DNA of 64,000 bases, taken from the NCBI GenBank assembly GCA_965552055.1, contig CBEVQO010000002.1:64001-128000 (forward strand), in the 5' to 3' direction. Source of the stretch: an uncultured bacterium. Lineage in GTDB: Bacteria > Hydrothermota > UBA3073 > NMUJ01 > CBEVQO01. Within the stretch, counting starts at the first letter, position 1. The number at the start of each line of letters is the position of its first letter. Below the pieces are notes generated by a model. That model worked only from the letters and a program-made list of their open reading frames with translations. It made no database searches and was not told the DNA's origin. This document shows, in pieces, positions 30,965 through 40,494 of this stretch. A program made the position numbers and the translations under genes.

Positions 30965-32086
30965 TTATAGCAAATCAATTAAAGGTCTAATAGATAACCA
31001 TTCTGCCGATGTAATAAGATTTTTCTTTCCTTTAGCATAATCGAGAACTTCTTTAACTCTTTCACGCCACTTTTTATCACGCAGTAGATGATGGTCATAG
31101 ATTATAAGCTCGGACTTTACATTTTCTACTATCCTTTTCATATTCTTTATCGCACGATTTAAATTCGTTCTATTCATCATGTATCCAAATAAATATGTTG
31201 GCGGACCGTCAACCGTAAGGAAATCGGGATTCTCCATGATTATCCAGTCTGCATAATCTTCAATTTGGGGACCCTGCAAATCCGAGCTGTATAAAATCTT
31301 TTTACCCTTATAACTTAATGTAAATGCCACCACCCAGCCAATCCTGTCATATTCAATGCCATGAAATAAAGGCAAAGTAAATTTTATCTCGGTATCCCCA
31401 AACTTAAAAGTTTTTCCATCGCAAAAGATTATTTCAAATCTTTCCTTTTTAAACTCCTTAATCCATTGTGATTTGAGCCACTTCTCTTTTAATTTCAAAA
31501 ACCATTTTTTACCTTTTTTAAAAAGTTCCTTTCTCCTTTCTGTATAATCACCGAAATCCAAATCCTTTGACTTCAATTTTTCAACAGGGTCTTCGATTTC
31601 AATCTTTTCAGGCTCATTTAAAATTTCTTCAAAATTAAATTCATAAATCTGTGATAATTGGGAAAAAAATAATCTCGCTCTTTCCCATTGTGAATTATTT
31701 ATGAATATATTGGGATTTTTCATCAGAATTTTTTTATCCTCATAGATTATAGATGCTTCCTGTGGTTTTACATGGTGGTCATAATGGTAATGTGTGATTA
31801 TCACGATATCTGCTTTTTTGGAGAACTCTATTATCGTTTCCAATGCCTTTTTCCTGAATAATGCCCTATAACGCTCTGCCATTGGATAACCGGGTTGCAT
31901 CCCGGCGCAACCAGGGTCACACAGCACACTTACATCGGGCGTCTCTATAAAGATTGACGAGGACTTAGCACCATAAGAATCAAACCATACAGGTCTTACC
32001 TTTATTTCACCGATTTTTAAAGGCGTAAAAGTGAAAACTTTTTCTTTTATCTTTTCTGCTTCCTTATCGAGGTTGATTCCTTCCAA
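30965..32086 (-). CDS. Metallo-beta-lactamase fold hydrolase (UPF0282-like)
   Basis: THYHYDHH, PLFHG, SSDLQGP, DGPPTY and DHHLLRD motifs. Confidence 0.85.
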   Translation of the reverse strand: MEGINLDKEAEKIKEKVFTFTPLKIGEIKVRPVWFDSYGAKSSSIFIETPDVSVLCDPGCAGMQPGYPMAERYRALFRKKALETIIEFSKKADIVIITHYHYDHHVKPQEASIIYEDKKILMKNPNIFINNSQWERARLFFSQLSQIYEFNFEEILNEPEKIEIEDPVEKLKSKDLDFGDYTERRKELFKKGKKWFLKLKEKWLKSQWIKEFKKERFEIIFCDGKTFKFGDTEIKFTLPLFHGIEYDRIGWVVAFTLSYKGKKILYSSDLQGPQIEDYADWIIMENPDFLTVDGPPTYLFGYMMNRTNLNRAIKNMKRIVENVKSELIIYDHHLLRDKKWRERVKEVLDYAKGKKNLITSAEWLSIRPLIDLL

Positions 32087-32096
32087 TTTATCGTAT

Positions 32097-34814
32097 CTAT
32101 CTCATAAATGTAACTTTCTCGATGTAACGGTTATTAGATGATTCTATCGAAACGAAATAAATTCCGCTGGATAAATCTTTTAAATCTATCGTCAATATAT
32201 TTTTCCCCTGCTTTACTTTATTATATTCTGCAAATTTTACCATTCTACCTGCTATATCATATACTTTTATTTTTACTTTGTCCTTTTCCGGCAGAATTAA
32301 ATAAATTTTCGCATAATCTTTTAAAGGATTTGGAGCTATTTTAACTGAAAATTTGTATATCCCTTTGTTCCCAATCGAGAGAGGACTGCTTAATGCTCTC
32401 CATACCCTGAAACTGCTCGTCGATTTACTTACACTAACATTATTATTCCAGACAACAAGCCCATATAGTCCTGTATACGGTGCCGAGTAAGTAAATTCTT
32501 TATAATTACCTGCAGTAACCGAATCACAAAAGCCTTCAGATTCATTCCTGTTCTTTATGTAAGAAACGGAATTTGATGAAAATATGGCTATACCAAAAGA
32601 ACCTGCTCCTGAGAGACACTCGATACCAAGATAATACTGATTGCCACTATCAAGATATACATTAAAAATTTTTACAGGTTCATTATCGTTCACAACATAT
32701 TCGGAAGACCAGCCTTCTGCTTGCAAAGTGTCTTCCGCAACATCCCATTCAATGTAATAATCACCTGTGCCTTCTTTCCTATAAACACCTGGATAATAGG
32801 AAGAATAATTACCGTATCTTCCATCAACTACTATAAAATCTGTTAAGTTACCTTCATATTTAGATTCACTCACATATTTTGAAAAGCCATTATTTGCATC
32901 AACATAATCTGTGTATAATCTTAAATTAAAGTCACCACCATTTAAAGATTTAATTCCAACAACCTGCCATATATCAGCTACATCGAATTTAAAGCCATCA
33001 CAATTTATGGGTTCAACAGGACTTAATTCTGTCCAGGGGTCTGGCGGTGTCTTGCAGATTTTTGGCACTCCTTCCTGTAGCTGAATCGGGGCAAACACCC
33101 ATTGCTTTGCCCATTTGTTGTTATCATAAGATAACTCAATGAATCTATCACGATTATCTATTTCAAGCTTCAAAGTGTGCCTCCCTCCCATTATAAGCAC
33201 GGGTACATCCTCTACATAAGCATACCAGCCAGATTGTAAAGGCTCAACATAATAAGATGCTTTTAATCTGTCGTCAACATAAAGGTAGAAATAAAAAGAA
33301 TCCGGCACATCAACGGGCGATGAATCAATCACTGCGAGGTCTACATAAGTCGAATCCACACCGGTTGGCTCAGAACCTATCAGGGTATCGGATACAGTAT
33401 TGCTTCCTTTTTCTTTTGATGGCACTACAGGGTAATCCCAGCCAGATGGAGTATAAACAGATAAATCGCATGATTTTGTAAGTGCATCGCTCGATGCAAA
33501 ATAAATATCATAGCCACCATGATAGGGAACATTCCTTTTATCTGTCCAGCAAATCCTTGGATGACTATCCGCAAAAAGCAACGAAGCATTCCTGTATTCG
33601 CACACAGCAGTAGATTTATCGGTTACAAGAAGTTCTGTCTTTGTCGCCCAGAAATCATTTGAGTAAATATAGTAAACATCTCCTGTTGTGCCATCCATAT
33701 AAACACAATATACAATGGAATCAATGGAATAAACATCGGGATAACAATCATCATAATTTAAGTAATTCGCAATCGCAATGTCCGAAGTGAAGTTTACACC
33801 ACCATCAGTAGAATACGCTCCATAAACATCCCAATCAGTATCGACATAAACTTGATAAACTATAAAGAAATAATTGGAATTCGCATGACATTGAGGATAA
33901 CGCTCATCATTGGTATATTCCGATATAGATACTTCTGTCCAGGTATTGCTTCCTAATCCGTTGTTATATTTATAATGGATGTCTCGGTCAGTTGATGAAT
34001 ACCACCATTCGTAAACCACTCCGACATGTGAGTCAGAAATGCTTACATCGGGATAAGTTTCATGATTGCTGGAACTTGCCAGACCATCGTGATAATCATA
34101 CCAGCTCAATCCACCATCATCCGAATACACATAACCTATATCATAATCAGTGCCATCACCATAATAATCAAACTGGAAAGCCACATAAATATAATTATCT
34201 TTTATAGCGATCGATGGATAACCGCAATCACCATACCATGTCCATGTATCTATACCCCACAGCTCCCATTTCTCACCATCAGGGGAAACCGCAAAGCAGA
34301 AATATGGTTGCGATGTAACATAATCTATTTGAAATACTACAAAAATTGTATCACCGGAATTTATTGCAATATCTGGATTTCTTAAATCCCATTCATCCGA
34401 ATATATTATCACAAGGTGCTCCCAGTGGTCTCCACCATCTTTTGACCTCGCAACAAGCACATCATAATACCCATCTGAGTCAAGATAATCAAATGCACAG
34501 TAAAGATTTCCATCACTATCTACTGCAATTTTGGGACGTTGCTGGTTATCCTCCCAGTTATTTATTGCTCTGTTAGGTGGCCATGTATTTTTTATCCCTT
34601 TTACCATGCCTGACTTTGCACCCTTTAAAACGCCTTTTTCACGCTTTATATAATTTAATTTTTCAGCAAAATGAATTCCAAATTTCCCATTGCATATTTT
34701 ATCAACATTACTTAAATTTAAAGTTTGATTAACCTTCCTGCCTTCTGGCAAAATATTATAATTCCTTGTAGGTTTATTTGAAATCAGAAAAGATATTAAA
34801 ACCAAAGCAATCAT
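32097..34814 (-). CDS. Secreted BNR/Asp-box propeller protein with a T9SS-like C-terminal domain
   Basis: Repeated SxDGGxxW; C-terminal PNP...IYDIAGR...SGIYFV. Confidence 0.8.
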   Translation of the reverse strand: MIALVLISFLISNKPTRNYNILPEGRKVNQTLNLSNVDKICNGKFGIHFAEKLNYIKREKGVLKGAKSGMVKGIKNTWPPNRAINNWEDNQQRPKIAVDSDGNLYCAFDYLDSDGYYDVLVARSKDGGDHWEHLVIIYSDEWDLRNPDIAINSGDTIFVVFQIDYVTSQPYFCFAVSPDGEKWELWGIDTWTWYGDCGYPSIAIKDNYIYVAFQFDYYGDGTDYDIGYVYSDDGGLSWYDYHDGLASSSNHETYPDVSISDSHVGVVYEWWYSSTDRDIHYKYNNGLGSNTWTEVSISEYTNDERYPQCHANSNYFFIVYQVYVDTDWDVYGAYSTDGGVNFTSDIAIANYLNYDDCYPDVYSIDSIVYCVYMDGTTGDVYYIYSNDFWATKTELLVTDKSTAVCEYRNASLLFADSHPRICWTDKRNVPYHGGYDIYFASSDALTKSCDLSVYTPSGWDYPVVPSKEKGSNTVSDTLIGSEPTGVDSTYVDLAVIDSSPVDVPDSFYFYLYVDDRLKASYYVEPLQSGWYAYVEDVPVLIMGGRHTLKLEIDNRDRFIELSYDNNKWAKQWVFAPIQLQEGVPKICKTPPDPWTELSPVEPINCDGFKFDVADIWQVVGIKSLNGGDFNLRLYTDYVDANNGFSKYVSESKYEGNLTDFIVVDGRYGNYSSYYPGVYRKEGTGDYYIEWDVAEDTLQAEGWSSEYVVNDNEPVKIFNVYLDSGNQYYLGIECLSGAGSFGIAIFSSNSVSYIKNRNESEGFCDSVTAGNYKEFTYSAPYTGLYGLVVWNNNVSVSKSTSSFRVWRALSSPLSIGNKGIYKFSVKIAPNPLKDYAKIYLILPEKDKVKIKVYDIAGRMVKFAEYNKVKQGKNILTIDLKDLSSGIYFVSIESSNNRYIEKVTFMR

Positions 34815-37800
34815 TTTACCTTCACCACTTTTTCTTTCAGGTCAAAATCTTTTACCCTTAGCCTCACAAAATAAACCCCGGCACGCAAATCCCTCAAATC
34901 TATCTTTAACATCCTCTCCTTTACACCATCAAATTCCAACCGCTTCACAATTCTACCCGTACAATCATAAATTATCAACTTCAAATCATCTTCTTGAGGC
35001 AATTTACAATAAAGATTCAGATAAGATGTCAAAGGATTAGGTGAAAGGTTAAAAATCAAAGCATTACCTGCAAGGTCAACCCCATATTTCTTCTTTGAAC
35101 TCGTATAATAACTGTATTTATCAATATCAAAGCCGTATTTTGTAACAGAATAATCTGTAACCAATCTTATTTTTATCACACTACCCTGAACTTCATCCGA
35201 CCAGAAATTACCTTTCGCACCACTGTATCTTGCTATTTGATTATTGCTACCATCGTAAATATAAACAAAATCATAGCCCTGTTCTACATCGAAGTTTACA
35301 AAATGTACTTTCATCTTGTCTGCCCCTGTCCTCGCAATTATCCATGTGTTATCATAATAATTTGAATAGTTATGAGGCGTTGAAATTGATGTATCTACAT
35401 CCGTCCATACACCCTGTGATGCACCATCTACAGGCACAAATTTAATAGACATAGTATTACCCACACCAGAAGTATAAGCAAGACCCTTTGTGCCATCTTC
35501 ATTTTCAATACCTATCACAGTAGTGTAATCCGTTGTTATCGATTTATATGTCATCGTAATTGAATAATCGTTTCTGTTCAAAACAACTTGAAATGTTTGA
35601 AGATTATCATTTCCATAGTTTTTCACATTCTCCCATGATACCACAAAAACAGAATCATTGTATCCATATTTTATCTCACCATTTGCCGAAGGATTTAAAT
35701 CACGCCAGAATACCGCTATTAAAGCATTGGGTTCCGATGTGTTCGGGATATTACGGGGTTGATAGGAATTTGAGGTTGATGTAAAGCTTAAAAATCCATT
35801 ACTGCATACATTTATTGCATTGTAACTTCTACCGTAAAAAACAAAGTTCCATGGTAACGAAATTGTTTTTGTTTCATCATCTCCTGTCACTCCGGTTGAT
35901 GCAGATACATTCCACCACAGATAAGGGGTACTCACAATTTTATAATCTCCGACACCTGTTGTGCCACCAGGTGCTTCTCCTATTCCATGATTGTAAAAGA
36001 TTTGTTCAATTGTCGTTTTATGTGCCCCACCATATAAATTCTGGTCTGCCTGAATTATCGCCTGCCTGCCATCTATAAATTTGGCAGGATAATAAAATTC
36101 ACTCGCAAATATTATGGAATCTGCAATGTTTTTGCCAACTGCTTCTCTAATATCCCACAATGCACTGGAATAAATTTTTGAATCTTCATGCACTTCTCCA
36201 ACCCAATCGTCAGGATATCTGTAATCCTGTGAAATATCTCTTTGATATTGCTGTGCCATAACCCAATCACCGATAACCGGGTCGTTCGTTACAGATGCAG
36301 GGAAGTAATCGGAGTATGCTTCATCCATCGCACCTGACTGCCCTTCGTAAGGTAATGCATCTTCAGGATATACATGATGGGTTACTCCATGCGTATATTC
36401 ATGATATATCACATCTGCTGCCCTTGAAGTTTGCAAAAGATTTTGACCATCGCCATCACCAAGATAAATATTCTGGTCACGGGGATTATAAAATGCATTG
36501 GCATAATTTGTGCCATAATGAACCGTTACCTTTATCTGATAATCCATCCCATTAAATCCCAGAAATTTCTTGTAATAATCATGAATATAATTTATGTGAT
36601 AGAAAACATTTACTTCATCGCAATGTGTATTATTTGGCGGATAATCCCATGTCCATGTGACTTCTCCTTTTGCCCTTTTCGCAGGTGTAAACTGTATCGC
36701 AAAGGAATTTGAAGGCGCACCTGTATATGCTTTTCCTGCAGTTCCATCCTGATTTTCTATTCCTATCACTGTTGTTACATCATTTGTAATATTTTGATAC
36801 TGGAAAATAATAGTGCCATCGGATTTTAAAATTACCTGGAATGTCTGGGTATTTGAATTTGCATAGTTCTTTACTCCCTGCCATGTTACTACAAATTTCG
36901 TTGCATCGCTGTAATATGTTATTTCGCCTGTGGCTGAAGGATTTAAATCCCTCCAGAAAGGAGCAATTAGAGCATTTGGCTCATCACTATTGGGAATATC
37001 TTTCGGCTGATAAGAAGTGGATGTTGATGTAAAACTCAAAAATCCATTACTACAGATACTCACCTGATTATAATTAACACCATAAAAATTAAAGGTAAAG
37101 GGTAGCGAAAACACCTTGCTATCATCATCTCCAGTTATTCCTGTAGATGTCGATGTATAAATCCAGGAAAATGCCGGATACGAAATAGTATAATCAACAG
37201 TTGTTTGGGATTGTCCAATCGGTGTAAATTTATATGCTTTGCCATTGGCAATTGAAGAAAGGGCTTTTCCTTTTGTACCAGTTTCATTTTCTATCCCTGC
37301 GACTGTAGATACACCACCGGTTACAGATTGGTATTGAAAGACAATACTACCATCCTGATAAAGAATAACCTGAAATGTTTGTAGATCGGAATTTGCATAA
37401 TTTTTAACTCCCTGATAGGTAACAACAAATTTATCAGAATAATAACTTCCTGAATGTAAAATTTGACCCTGTGCAGATGGATTTAAATCACGCCAGAGAG
37501 GAGCAATCATAGCATTTGGCTCTTCACTATTTGGAATTGCTTTTGGCTGATATGAAGTAGAAGTTGATGTAAAACTCAAAAATCCGTTGCTACAAATTCT
37601 TACAGATGAGTATGATTTGCCGTAAAATGTGAAAGTAAAGGGCAATGTGATAGGTGCACTCACCTGGTCGTCACCGGTTATCCCTGCATCGGTCGTAACT
37701 CCTTCTGATATCCAGTTGTAAGTAACTTCTTCAACTCTATAATCTTCATTTAATGTTTCTTCACCTGTCGCAGGTACATAGTAATATACTACATCGTCAT

Positions 37801-38701
37801 AATCTTCATTATGTGCCCAGCAATAAGGACCTCGCAATGCAGATATTAAAGTATCATCAACTGCAAGATAGTAGTATCCATTTTCATCTGTGGTTGCTCT
37901 CTGTCCACCAACCCACACATATTCGTTGGGGAATGCACGCACCTCCATCGCATCACCACCTGTCAGCGGGAAAATTTTACCATAAACATATCCATAGGTG
38001 GCAAAACGCAAATCATTTAATTTTTTAACAACTTCACCTGAAATAGCATCAACATAATAAATCCAGTAGCCAAGTGGTTCTGTGCACCATATTTTTACTT
38101 TATAACATAATCTATAATCCAAACCTTCGGGCAATATCACAGGATATGCTGTGTCAACTTCAAAAGGTTTTTGCGGTGATAATTCTCTCAATGCACAGTT
38201 TATTGCATCTTCTTTTGATAAAACAGGATTAATATCAATACTTATATCGGGCTTAAAGTCGGATACCACCCAGAAAACGCTACCATCCTTTAAATGCACC
38301 TTCACAGCCCCACCTTCTACCTTTACTCCTTTATAATACTGTTCAAAATACAAATGATTTTCTTTCATTCTATCGTTTTGTGTCTTTAACTTCAATTCAT
38401 CCACTTTTATCCTGAATAAATCGTATTCTTTTTTCAAAAATCCTTTTGCTATCTGTTCGGGTGACCCCTTCTCTTTTTCCGTCATGAAATCATAAACAGA
38501 ATGGGGTAATCCTGTGTATTCGTCCCATATTATTTTTGGCTTACCTTTATATCTTGCGTAAAAATCTTTAAATGCCTTTTTACAATCTTCCCTTGGAGCT
38601 ATTTTTGGATATTCTTTCTTTTCTCCTTTAAAATGATACTCCGGCAAAAACGCAAATAGATTTAAAGGCAAAATGAATATTATCAACATTTTCTTCATCA
38701 T
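34811..38701 (-). CDS. Secreted thermolysin-like (M4/M36) metallopeptidase with FTP/PepSY propeptide, three nidogen-like repeats, a CUB-like domain and a T9SS-like C-terminal domain
   Basis: FEQYYKGVKV, YVDAISG, NAFY, HEYTH, GAMDEAYSD, EVH; 3x LP(F/W)xFxFYG...SNGFLSF...WRDL; EQGYDFV...TDYSV. Confidence 0.88.
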   Translation of the reverse strand: MMKKMLIIFILPLNLFAFLPEYHFKGEKKEYPKIAPREDCKKAFKDFYARYKGKPKIIWDEYTGLPHSVYDFMTEKEKGSPEQIAKGFLKKEYDLFRIKVDELKLKTQNDRMKENHLYFEQYYKGVKVEGGAVKVHLKDGSVFWVVSDFKPDISIDINPVLSKEDAINCALRELSPQKPFEVDTAYPVILPEGLDYRLCYKVKIWCTEPLGYWIYYVDAISGEVVKKLNDLRFATYGYVYGKIFPLTGGDAMEVRAFPNEYVWVGGQRATTDENGYYYLAVDDTLISALRGPYCWAHNEDYDDVVYYYVPATGEETLNEDYRVEEVTYNWISEGVTTDAGITGDDQVSAPITLPFTFTFYGKSYSSVRICSNGFLSFTSTSTSYQPKAIPNSEEPNAMIAPLWRDLNPSAQGQILHSGSYYSDKFVVTYQGVKNYANSDLQTFQVILYQDGSIVFQYQSVTGGVSTVAGIENETGTKGKALSSIANGKAYKFTPIGQSQTTVDYTISYPAFSWIYTSTSTGITGDDDSKVFSLPFTFNFYGVNYNQVSICSNGFLSFTSTSTSYQPKDIPNSDEPNALIAPFWRDLNPSATGEITYYSDATKFVVTWQGVKNYANSNTQTFQVILKSDGTIIFQYQNITNDVTTVIGIENQDGTAGKAYTGAPSNSFAIQFTPAKRAKGEVTWTWDYPPNNTHCDEVNVFYHINYIHDYYKKFLGFNGMDYQIKVTVHYGTNYANAFYNPRDQNIYLGDGDGQNLLQTSRAADVIYHEYTHGVTHHVYPEDALPYEGQSGAMDEAYSDYFPASVTNDPVIGDWVMAQQYQRDISQDYRYPDDWVGEVHEDSKIYSSALWDIREAVGKNIADSIIFASEFYYPAKFIDGRQAIIQADQNLYGGAHKTTIEQIFYNHGIGEAPGGTTGVGDYKIVSTPYLWWNVSASTGVTGDDETKTISLPWNFVFYGRSYNAINVCSNGFLSFTSTSNSYQPRNIPNTSEPNALIAVFWRDLNPSANGEIKYGYNDSVFVVSWENVKNYGNDNLQTFQVVLNRNDYSITMTYKSITTDYTTVIGIENEDGTKGLAYTSGVGNTMSIKFVPVDGASQGVWTDVDTSISTPHNYSNYYDNTWIIARTGADKMKVHFVNFDVEQGYDFVYIYDGSNNQIARYSGAKGNFWSDEVQGSVIKIRLVTDYSVTKYGFDIDKYSYYTSSKKKYGVDLAGNALIFNLSPNPLTSYLNLYCKLPQEDDLKLIIYDCTGRIVKRLEFDGVKERMLKIDLRDLRAGVYFVRLRVKDFDLKEKVVKVK

Positions 38702-38703
38702 TT

Positions 38704-38730
38704 ATTATAATCCAATTTATTATTTGTCAA
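38704..38730 (-). promoter_or_regulatory. Promoter TTGACA-N15-TATAAT, probably leaderless (second ATG at 38698)
   Basis: Perfect hexamers; no SD. Confidence 0.7.
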
Positions 38731-38750
38731 TATTTTTTGAGAAATTTGGT

Positions 38751-38921
38751 GTTAAAATTTTTATTACGAGCGAAGCGAGTGCTTTACATATGGGTTGATA
38801 TGTCAGCCCATTACGGAATGTGGGTTATAGCAGGAGTTGTGTTTTATCTGCTGTTTACATATTTCAGCGATAGTGGCGGGCTGACTTAATCGGGAAGGTG
38901 GGGACAGCGGAGGAGGGGCTA
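38751..38921. repeat. Dispersed modular intergenic element, copy D (short)
   Basis: CGAGCGAAGCGAGTGC.TTACATATGGGTTG block and G-rich GGGGCTA end; CTA is the nth stop codon. Confidence 0.8.
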
Positions 38922-39524
38922 AAAATTTTTTTTACAAAAATTTTTAAATCCACATTCTGAACATCTGGGGTTTCTTGGTAAACATATTTCTTTTCCAAAT
39001 CTTACTAAAACTTTGTTTATCCATCCCCAGTATTCTTTTTTTAAAATTTTTTTCAATTCTTTTTCTGTTTCTTCTGGCGTTTTTGTATTCACAATTCCTG
39101 TTCTATTCATGATTCTATGCACATGGGTATCGACTGGCAAAGCAGGTTTTCCAAATCCAAAAGCAAGCACACAGTTCGCTGTCTTGCGACCAACACCCGG
39201 CAATTTTAAAAGCTCATCAATATCCCTCGGCACCTCTCCCCCATATTCTTCTAAAATTTTTTGCGCTATCTCTTTTATCCTTTTTGCCTTCTGACGATAA
39301 AATCCAACAGGTTTTATTATCTCTTCAATCTCAGTTATATCAGCATTTACAAAATCTTCCGCTGTTTTAAACTTCTTAAAAAGTTTATCCGTTGTGGGAA
39401 AAGTTATCTCATCTTTTGTCCTATGTGATAAAATTGTGCCAATCAAAACTTTAAGAGGTTCTCTTTTTGTCAAAGTAAATCCATATTTTTCTTTCAGGAA
39501 TTCTACAAATTTTTCAATCTGCAT
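38919..39524 (-). CDS. nth: Endonuclease III
   Basis: HhH motif LPGVGRKTA, VDTHV and C-x6-C-x2-C-x5-C. Confidence 0.95.
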   Translation of the reverse strand: MQIEKFVEFLKEKYGFTLTKREPLKVLIGTILSHRTKDEITFPTTDKLFKKFKTAEDFVNADITEIEEIIKPVGFYRQKAKRIKEIAQKILEEYGGEVPRDIDELLKLPGVGRKTANCVLAFGFGKPALPVDTHVHRIMNRTGIVNTKTPEETEKELKKILKKEYWGWINKVLVRFGKEICLPRNPRCSECGFKNFCKKNF

Positions 39525-40452
39525 GAATTTCGATTACATCTTTGTCTTTTAGTTCCTCAAATCTATCAACCTTTTGACCCGGTAATCTTCCTTCGCCCCA
39601 TATTCTTGCATATTTAAAGTTGCGTGCTAAATCTTTGTGAAGAGCTTCTGCTGCATCTATCACCGTTGCACCTTTTTCAAGTATTAATGGGTCTGTATAA
39701 TCCGGTGGTTTGCCAGGTGCCTTCGTGAATACTCTTATTATCTCAAGCGCCTCAAATATCTTCTTTTTCATTTCGCTAAGCCCTTCGCCTGTTTTACCCG
39801 AAATCAAAATCAAATTTAAATCTGGATAAAATTCTTTTAAAACTTCTAACCTGTCTTTTGAAGATGGATCATCGCATTTGTTTCCACAATACAATATTTT
39901 TACATTATGTAATTTTCTCCTTTCTAACTCCTTTTTTATAACTTGCGGTTGTTCTATAACATCGTCATTACCCAAATCAAGTAATACAAGTATTAAATCA
40001 CAGGACCTGTATATATCTGTCATCCAGGGAAAATCTGCATTTATTGGTGGCATATCGAGAAATTGAAATTTTATCTCTTCAAAAGGCGTCATACCCACAT
40101 AGGGTTCCGTTGTCGTAAAAGGATAATCCGCAACTTTAACATCTGCACCCGTTAAAGTGTTAAAAAGTGTTGATTTACCACTATTTGGCATACCACACAG
40201 TCCTATCCTTCCAGCACCTTCTCTTGGAAATCTATACGAAAAGCCTCCCTTTTTCTGACGACGCTGGGCTTCTAACTGGTCCTGTAACTTTGCCATCTTT
40301 GCGCGCAACATTGCACGCAATTTATCCGTGCCTTTGTGATGCGGCATTATGGCAAGCATCTCCTTCAAATATTCTATCTTCTCTTCAAGTGAACTCGCTT
40401 CTCTAAATTTTTTCTCAACTTCAAAAAACTGTGGCGGTAAATTCGCAGGCAT
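39514..40452 (-). CDS. DRG/Obg-family GTPase with TGS domain
   Basis: MPANL, HKGT, GMPNSGKS, YPFTT, NKCD and C-terminal DKDVIEIH. Confidence 0.9.
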   Translation of the reverse strand: MPANLPPQFFEVEKKFREASSLEEKIEYLKEMLAIMPHHKGTDKLRAMLRAKMAKLQDQLEAQRRQKKGGFSYRFPREGAGRIGLCGMPNSGKSTLFNTLTGADVKVADYPFTTTEPYVGMTPFEEIKFQFLDMPPINADFPWMTDIYRSCDLILVLLDLGNDDVIEQPQVIKKELERRKLHNVKILYCGNKCDDPSSKDRLEVLKEFYPDLNLILISGKTGEGLSEMKKKIFEALEIIRVFTKAPGKPPDYTDPLILEKGATVIDAAEALHKDLARNFKYARIWGEGRLPGQKVDRFEELKDKDVIEIHAD

Positions 40453-40494
40453 TTTTAATAATTATAACAAAAATACTAATTTTGTCAACCTTTT

